30,427 nt of DNA, taken from the NCBI GenBank assembly GCA_964472805.1, contig CAYYMA010000001.1, forward strand, positions 1,295 through 31,721, in the 5' to 3' direction. The position numbers were made by a program, and so were the translations under genes. Under the pieces are notes generated by a model that saw only the letters and a list, made by a program, of their open reading frames with translations, had not been told where the DNA came from and did not search any database. Source of the stretch: an uncultured Methanomassiliicoccales archaeon. Its GTDB lineage: Archaea > Thermoplasmatota > Thermoplasmata > Methanomassiliicoccales > Methanomethylophilaceae. Shown piece by piece: positions 24,567-30,427 of this stretch. How positions within the stretch are numbered: the stretch's first letter is position 1; every line of letters starts with the position of its first letter.

Positions 24567-27500
24567 TTAAGGGTCCTGCAGCAAGTAAAGAGATGTATGA
24601 TTATTTCTCCGAACTTTCTAGGCAGAAGGACATTTGTTACGCCGTTGCTGAAGAGGCAAAAAAACTTGGCATAGATCCTGAACCTTACGTCGAGGTACCT
24701 CAAGCAGAGGACCTCGCTTCCCGTGTGGAAGAACTTCTTCACGATTATGATGTAGGCGGAGTCGCCGAAGATATAAGGCGACTTACCACTCAATATAAAA
24801 ATCGAGAGATGGTCTCACTGATGGTGGCCAAAGAGGTTGCAAATCGGCCAGCAGAAAGCATAGAAAAAGCATTAGATAGAGCTATTCGTGTAGGCTTGGC
24901 CGTTTTAACCGAGGGAATTCTTGTTGCCCCTCTTGAAGGTATTGCTGACGTCAAAGTTAGACGGAATGATGACGGTACGGAATTCGTAGACCTACTTTTT
25001 GCAGGTCCAATCCGAGCCGCAGGGGGTACTGCTCAGGCTATGAGCGTCCTTATCGCGGACGTAGTTAGAAGAGAACTAAAACTCGGCCGATACTTGCCTA
25101 CAGAACAGGAAATATCCAGGTTCGATGAAGAAATCACGTTATACAAGCAGCAACAACACCTACAATATCTGCCGACCTCGGAAGAGATAGACCTTATTGT
25201 AAGGAACTGTCCGATAATGATTGATGGAGAAGGAACGGAACAGGTCGAGATATCTGGTTTTAGAGATCTTCCAAGGATCGAAACTAACCGCGTTCGTGGA
25301 GGTGCATGCCTAGTTATCGCAGAAGGACTGTGCCAAAAAGCGGCAAAAATCAGTAAACACGTTGATTCGTTGAAGATCGACGGATGGGATTTCATAGCAA
25401 AATATCTAGAGGCCCATGCTCCTAAGACCGAAGAGGTCGAAGACACTAAAACGGTACATCCTCAAGATACATATCTAATGGATATTATTGCAGGAAGACC
25501 CATATTCGGTCATCCCAGCAGGCCAGGGGGATTCCGCCTTAGATACGGCAGAGCTCGAACTACTGGACTTGCAGCCCTTGCTTTCAGCCCAGCCACTATG
25601 TACGCCATGGAAGAGTTCATGGCTATAGGCACTCAGCTAAAAATAGAAAGACCTGGGAAGGCATGTGTCGTGACTCCATGTGATGAACTTGATGGCCCGA
25701 TCCTTTTACTGGATGACGGGGACATGATATATTGCGACACGAAAGAAGAAGTACAAGAAGTCCGCAAACGTATCGTCGGTATCATCGACAATGGCGAGGT
25801 CTTGGTGCCTTTTGGTGAATTCTGCGAAAACAATCAAAAATTGGTACCTCCCGGATATTGTATAGAATGGCACAAACAGGAGATGAAGGCCAAAGGAGAT
25901 ATTCCAGAAGACTGGAAAGATCCCACATATGCAAGAGCCAAAGAGATGTGTGCTCTAACTGGAGTTCCATTACATCCTAGATACAATCTTTTTTGGTCTG
26001 ATTTCGACGTACAGGATCTTAACGAACTAAGGAACTATCTCGTGGAGAATGGCTCGTTCAACGGTGGTAATATATCGATTCCAACTGACGAACAAATTAA
26101 AAAGATCTTAGAGAACCTAGGTGCCCTACACAGAGTACGCAACGGACGTGTAGCTATAACTGAAAAATACAGTGAGGTCATCCTAGATTGTCTAAACCTT
26201 GCAGTAAAAGATGGAAATATTTTTAAGAAAGGCGAATTTGGCGGTGAGAACGCGCTAGATGCAGTTAGTATCGCTGCAGGATTTGAAGTAAAAGGTCGTG
26301 GCGGCACGCGTATAGGAATGAGAATGGGACGCCCAGAAAAAGCATTCCAGAGGGAAATGACTCCTAGTACTCACTGCCTTTTCCCCGTTGGTGTTGGTCT
26401 AGATTCAAACAAGGACCTCATAATTGCTATCACTTCTTCAAAAAAATTTACAAGTGGAAATAGAACCTCTAATTCTGATGTACAATTACAGGTAGGTGCA
26501 AGGCGATGCCGGAACTGTGGGAAACTCACTTGGAGATCCTGGTGTAGAGAATGTAAAGCGAATACCGCATACGAAGATAAGCACAAATCTACTAACCAGG
26601 TAGGCAACACACATACCATGCCAGTAAATCTTGATGAAGAACTTACGGCTGCATGTGAACTTATTGGCGAGAATAAGCCAAAGGCTCTGAAATGTGTTCA
26701 AGCTTTGATATCGAAGAAAAAAGTACCTGAGGCTCTGGAAAAGGGTATTCTTAGAGCTAAGAATGGCATCACCGTGAACAAGGACGGCACGATACGTTAC
26801 GATATGACAGACATACCGTTAACACATTTCAAACCCCGGGAGATAGAACTCAGCATCGATAAAGCGATAAAACTTGGATATACGCATGACTGGAACGGAG
26901 ATCCACTTACTGATCCTGAACAGATCTGTGAACTTAAAGTACAGGACATAATCCCTCCAAGAGAGTGCGGAGACTTTATGATAAAGGTCGCAGAGTTCGT
27001 AGACGATGAACTTGAAAAACTGTACAAATTAAAACGCTATTACAACGTTTCCGATAGAAAGGATTTGATAGGCCACATAGTTTTTGGACTGGCACCTCAT
27101 ACATCCGGCGGAATATTGTGTCGTATCATAGGCTACACGTCAGCAAGAGGATGCTTTGGTCATCCGTTCTTTCATGCAGCAAAAAGAAGAAATTGTGACG
27201 GTGATGAAGACTGCATAATATTGGCTATGGATGCTTTACTGAACTTTTCATTCAGCTTTTTACCAGACAGACGAGGAGGTCTCATGGACGCTCCACTTGT
27301 TCTGACCACAAGATTAGATCCTAACGAGATAGATAAAGAGGCACATAACGTCGATTGTCTTAGAGAATATCCCTTGGAACTTTATCTGGCCGCCATGGAT
27401 ATGGCCGATACTAAGAGCGTAGATGGCATAATGGACCTTGTGGCAGGTCGCATAGGCAAACCATCACAATATGAAGGACTAGGTTTCACCAACGACACAG

Positions 27501-27946
27501 CAGATATATCAGAGGGGCCTAAATATTCAGCGTATATCACATTACAATCAATGACAGATAAAATGAACGCTCAACTGTCGTTAGGTGAAAGAATACGTGC
27601 TGTGGACGAACGTGATGTTGCGTCCAGAGTGATAAACAAACACTTCTTGCCGGACATGGCAGGGAATTTAAGAACTTTTTCAGCCCAGAAATTTAGATGT
27701 ACCAAGTGTGGAGAAAAATATAGGCGTATTCCGATATCAGGAAAATGCACCATGTGTGGTAACGGCCTCAATATGACAGTGTATAAAGGAAGCGTTATGA
27801 AGTATCTTGAAGTCTCGAAGAGAATCAGCGAAAAATACAATGTCGATGCTTACACAAAGAATAGAATCGAGATAATCGAAATGAGTATGAAATCTGTTTT
27901 CGATAATGACAAAGTTAAGAAATGTACTTTGTCGGACTTCTTTTAA
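24563..27946 (+). CDS. polC: DNA polymerase II (PolD) large subunit DP2
   Basis: EGILVAPLEGI, FAGPIRAAGGTAQA, GGFRLRYGR, IGMRMGRPEKA, HAAKRRNCDGDED catalytic motif, C-terminal Zn fingers; no intein evident; GTGA overlap with NOG1. Confidence 0.97.
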   Translation: MIKGPAASKEMYDYFSELSRQKDICYAVAEEAKKLGIDPEPYVEVPQAEDLASRVEELLHDYDVGGVAEDIRRLTTQYKNREMVSLMVAKEVANRPAESIEKALDRAIRVGLAVLTEGILVAPLEGIADVKVRRNDDGTEFVDLLFAGPIRAAGGTAQAMSVLIADVVRRELKLGRYLPTEQEISRFDEEITLYKQQQHLQYLPTSEEIDLIVRNCPIMIDGEGTEQVEISGFRDLPRIETNRVRGGACLVIAEGLCQKAAKISKHVDSLKIDGWDFIAKYLEAHAPKTEEVEDTKTVHPQDTYLMDIIAGRPIFGHPSRPGGFRLRYGRARTTGLAALAFSPATMYAMEEFMAIGTQLKIERPGKACVVTPCDELDGPILLLDDGDMIYCDTKEEVQEVRKRIVGIIDNGEVLVPFGEFCENNQKLVPPGYCIEWHKQEMKAKGDIPEDWKDPTYARAKEMCALTGVPLHPRYNLFWSDFDVQDLNELRNYLVENGSFNGGNISIPTDEQIKKILENLGALHRVRNGRVAITEKYSEVILDCLNLAVKDGNIFKKGEFGGENALDAVSIAAGFEVKGRGGTRIGMRMGRPEKAFQREMTPSTHCLFPVGVGLDSNKDLIIAITSSKKFTSGNRTSNSDVQLQVGARRCRNCGKLTWRSWCRECKANTAYEDKHKSTNQVGNTHTMPVNLDEELTAACELIGENKPKALKCVQALISKKKVPEALEKGILRAKNGITVNKDGTIRYDMTDIPLTHFKPREIELSIDKAIKLGYTHDWNGDPLTDPEQICELKVQDIIPPRECGDFMIKVAEFVDDELEKLYKLKRYYNVSDRKDLIGHIVFGLAPHTSGGILCRIIGYTSARGCFGHPFFHAAKRRNCDGDEDCIILAMDALLNFSFSFLPDRRGGLMDAPLVLTTRLDPNEIDKEAHNVDCLREYPLELYLAAMDMADTKSVDGIMDLVAGRIGKPSQYEGLGFTNDTADISEGPKYSAYITLQSMTDKMNAQLSLGERIRAVDERDVASRVINKHFLPDMAGNLRTFSAQKFRCTKCGEKYRRIPISGKCTMCGNGLNMTVYKGSVMKYLEVSKRISEKYNVDAYTKNRIEIIEMSMKSVFDNDKVKKCTLSDFF

Positions 27947-27949
27947 TTG

Positions 27950-27978
27950 AAAAAAAATAAAAAGGGGCCGAAGCCCCT
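27950..27978 (-). terminator. Bacterial-style intrinsic terminator: 6-bp stem, C(UUCG)G loop and long U-tract, ending the rps13-rpoD operon
   Basis: Minus strand AGGGGC-TTCG-GCCCCT followed by TTTTATTTTTTTT, 7 nt after the rpoD stop. Confidence 0.75.
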
Positions 27979-27985
27979 GAAATGT

Positions 27986-28825
27986 TTATACCAGCTGGGC
28001 GAATTCAATCGAGAGTTCAGAAGCCTTTTGAGACAATATCTCTGCTGCTTTGTTGAGCGTTTGCTCAGCGGTCAGCGATCCATCGGTCTCAAAGGAGAAT
28101 AAGAAATTCTTTTCATCTCCCTCGACAATGATGGAACCGTCGTTATTGACAGAATCCATACAAGATTTGCACAATGTGCATTCTCTAAGATCTTCGACAA
28201 CTAGTTTGCCGTCATCCACACCGAACACGCCCTTCGGACAGACCTTTATACAATTGAGGGCGCCTTCTGAAGATGCCCTCTTAGGATCTATGGTTATCTT
28301 AGGAAGATACTTGTAGCCAACACCGCTGGTGACTTGCCACTTAACGTGCTTTTTTGCCGTGCCCATTACCGCGATAGCGTATATCAATACGGCTTGATCG
28401 CTAGTGAGCTCGACAATCGGAATGAACTCATCCTTAACTTTTAATTCAGGGTTACCGAGTGGAACCATGTTCCCAGACAAAACCGTACCAGGTCCATGTT
28501 CGTTCAAACTGTACATTATCATACAGTTAGGACATCCAACTCCGTTACACACACACTGGTCCTGATATGTAAAAAGGTCTAGATCCGTAGGGACTGGGAC
28601 CAATCCAAGCCTGTGGGCAATGATCTCGTCGAACAGGGGCGTGATACTTTCGTACTCTTTATCGTCAGCCTCGATGGGGCCGAGGTGGAACTCGACCTTA
28701 TCGATGGCCATCTTAGGAATATCGGACATCATTGTCCTTCTAAGTGAATTAGCCATGGCAGGCGAGGAATTCTTCAGTATGAACTTGGCCTTCCTCTCAG
28801 CCATTTCGATGATTTCTATTTCCAT
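27986..28825 (-). CDS. rpoD: DNA-directed RNA polymerase subunit D (Rpo3) with a ferredoxin-like insertion
   Basis: ANSLRRTMMSDIPKMAI, IIAHRLGLVP, KKHVKWQ, CIKVCP...CTLCKSC, FSFETDGSLTAEQ. Confidence 0.96.
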   Translation of the reverse strand: MEIEIIEMAERKAKFILKNSSPAMANSLRRTMMSDIPKMAIDKVEFHLGPIEADDKEYESITPLFDEIIAHRLGLVPVPTDLDLFTYQDQCVCNGVGCPNCMIMYSLNEHGPGTVLSGNMVPLGNPELKVKDEFIPIVELTSDQAVLIYAIAVMGTAKKHVKWQVTSGVGYKYLPKITIDPKRASSEGALNCIKVCPKGVFGVDDGKLVVEDLRECTLCKSCMDSVNNDGSIIVEGDEKNFLFSFETDGSLTAEQTLNKAAEILSQKASELSIEFAQLV

Positions 28826-28835
28826 GAACTTGACC

Positions 28836-29225
28836 TCAGACCCTGCGTCCTCTACGTCCGCCTTTTTTCTTGGTACCGTCGTGGGGTATCGGAGTTACAT
28901 CTTCTATGCGTCCAATCTTCATGCCTGCTCTTGCGAGGGCACGTATGGCCGCCTGTGCTCCTGGACCGGGGGAGGTTGCTTTGTTTCCTCCGTGTGCACG
29001 TACTTTAACGTGAATGCCCGCTATGTCCTTCTCCCTTGCAATCTCCGCTATCTTTTCAGCGGCTCTCTGTGCAGCGTACGGCGAGGCTTGATCTTTCGCC
29101 TGTTTCACGACCATTCCGCCTGTGACCTTTCCGATGGTCTCTGCACCGGTTATGTCAGTAAGCGTGATCATGATGTTGTTGTAGCTGGCGAATATGTTGG
29201 CTATTGCCCATTTATTTGTTGTCAT
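28836..29225 (-). CDS. rps11: 30S ribosomal protein S11
   Basis: [49 protein letters not shown]. Confidence 0.98.
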   Translation of the reverse strand: MTTNKWAIANIFASYNNIMITLTDITGAETIGKVTGGMVVKQAKDQASPYAAQRAAEKIAEIAREKDIAGIHVKVRAHGGNKATSPGPGAQAAIRALARAGMKIGRIEDVTPIPHDGTKKKGGRRGRRV

Positions 29226-29875
29226 CAGATCTCACCGTCCTCTGCTGTGATTCCTGCCTCTTCCGCGTCTTCCTTAGCGGCCTTGGCATTCCTATTAGCA
29301 ATTCTTTCTGCTTCTGCATTTTCCTTAGCGACCTTAGCGGCAAGGACCTCAGGCGAAACCCTCATAGGGTGCATCTCGTCTGTAAATGCGGATGAAGGTG
29401 TGTATTCGATGGTGGGTTCTTCGCCCCTTAGAACGATGTATCCTGGAACAGTCACTCTGTGACCGTTGAGGAATACGTGCCCGTGATTAATCATCTGTCT
29501 TGCCTGTTTTATCGTGTTTGCGAGACCTTTCTCGTACACGAGAGTCTGTAAGCGCCTGGAAAGAATATCTTTCTCATTGAGGACCAGAATATCATTGAGA
29601 TTACCACCGGTCAACGGCAGTATGCCCATGCGGCCACACTTTGCGATAAGATTATCAGCTTCAATCTTAGCCTGAGCATCGTTTCCTCTAAGGCGTGACT
29701 GAAGCTCTCTGGACTGCTTTCTGTAGTTCCTCAGAACAGACTGTGCCTTCCATACCTCTGATTTGTTCTTAAGTCCGAACTCTTTGACTACCTCATGTTC
29801 GGATTTGATTCTCTCTCCCTGCCACGGATGGGAAGGAGTGTCATATGATCTGCGTGAAAATTTAGGATCTCCCAT
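29225..29875 (-). CDS. rps4: 30S ribosomal protein S4
   Basis: [44 protein letters not shown]; SD GAGGTG; acidic Ala-rich tail. Confidence 0.98.
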   Translation of the reverse strand: MGDPKFSRRSYDTPSHPWQGERIKSEHEVVKEFGLKNKSEVWKAQSVLRNYRKQSRELQSRLRGNDAQAKIEADNLIAKCGRMGILPLTGGNLNDILVLNEKDILSRRLQTLVYEKGLANTIKQARQMINHGHVFLNGHRVTVPGYIVLRGEEPTIEYTPSSAFTDEMHPMRVSPEVLAAKVAKENAEAERIANRNAKAAKEDAEEAGITAEDGEI

Positions 29876-29885
29876 TTAAAACACC

Positions 29886-30359
29886 TCACTTCTTTTTGAC
29901 TCCAAGAGTCAGTCCTTTCCTTCCGTTAGTCCTCGTTCTCTGGCCTCTGACCTTCTTATGTGTCTCGTGCCTGATTCCGCGGTAACTGCGTATCATCTTC
30001 AATCTGTTGATGTCGTCCCTCTGTACCATCTCAAGGTCCGAGCTGATCAAATGCATGTCCGCTCCGGATTCATAGTCAAGCTGTCTGTTGATGGCCCATA
30101 CAGGGGCGTATTCTACGTATGTGATGACCAGATTCTCGAGCTTTTTAACAGTCTCGTCGTCGAGGGAACCGATCTTGGTCGATAAGTCGACCTGTGCTTT
30201 GTTCACAATGGTCTGAGCCGTTCTGGCGCCTACGCCTTTGATGCCCTGTAGACCTATTACCGTCCTTTTCTGACCGTCGATATCGCTGTTTGCGATACGA
30301 ACGATGAAGTTAAAATCTTCATCCTCGGTCTTTGATACTGACTTCTTTGGTTTTGCCAT
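29886..30359 (-). CDS. rps13: 30S ribosomal protein S13
   Basis: FIVRIANSDIDG, IKGVG, IRSYRGIRH, KVRGQRTRTNGRKG; SD GGAGGT. Confidence 0.98.
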   Translation of the reverse strand: MAKPKKSVSKTEDEDFNFIVRIANSDIDGQKRTVIGLQGIKGVGARTAQTIVNKAQVDLSTKIGSLDDETVKKLENLVITYVEYAPVWAINRQLDYESGADMHLISSDLEMVQRDDINRLKMIRSYRGIRHETHKKVRGQRTRTNGRKGLTLGVKKK

Positions 30360-30427
30360 TTTTTCTACCTCCGCAAATGTTCCTTAAGGAAGTATTCAAG
30401 CGCAGCCATGGTGACTGAGCTCCCGGT

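Noticed and set aside
24563-27946. Intein in DP2
   Set aside because: The length (1127 aa) is normal, conserved blocks are contiguous, and no splice-junction (C/S...HN) or LAGLIDADG motifs were seen.
10-30185. Numerous 60-199 aa ORFs in the track that overlap called genes (e.g. 255-593, 1664-1987, 3749-4276, 11111-11677, 18037-18564, 21898-22470, 25033-25446, and the 280-aa 28620-29462)
   Set aside because: They are antisense or off-frame shadows of strongly supported genes, Ser/Ile-rich and without family motifs.
30365-30427. Partial upstream CDS ending in TAG
   Set aside because: Only 20 codons are visible with no recognisable motif, so it cannot be supported as a feature (see the leader finding).
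1-30427. tRNA/rRNA genes, CRISPR arrays, IS elements, integrases, tandem repeats
   Set aside because: Intergenic gaps are short (the largest are about 150-230 nt). By eye I found no T-loop GTTCRA cloverleaf, repeat-spacer periodicity, terminal inverted repeats or transposase/integrase motifs.

Overview
Gene-dense archaeal chromosomal segment, most likely from a Methanomassiliicoccales (Thermoplasmata) methanogen. This assignment is an inference from methanogenesis marker 4/MtxX, tetraether synthase, canonical-type SerRS, PolD DP2 and the lack of TAG stops. I count 32 complete CDS and found no tRNA/rRNA, CRISPR array, transposase or integrase. From left to right: a Cys-rich hypothetical; an Fe-S neighbourhood (Isf-type flavoprotein, minimal SufC-SufB/SmsCB, a VOC protein, Mrp/ApbC, a NifX-like protein); an mtxX-queD-queC-queE operon; rpl10e-dph2; a 326-aa hypothetical; rnp4-yhbY-serS; a small membrane protein coupled to a tandem HD hydrolase; aminotransferase-hypothetical-mevalonate kinase; a convergent tes-ferredoxin-geranylgeranyl reductase lipid operon (the 56-aa ferredoxin is missing from the supplied ORF track); a 1.35-kaa pilin-like-leader/lamin-tail surface protein transcribed divergently from tes; NOG1 GTPase-DP2; and the rps13-rps4-rps11-rpoD operon. 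The best leads are the giant surface protein, the tes-Fd-GGR module with adjacent mvk, the mtxX-preQ0 operon, two C(UUCG)G hairpins at convergent junctions, and 0 of 32 amber stops (consistent with pyrrolysine recoding). All family calls come from motif recognition by eye; no database searches were run.
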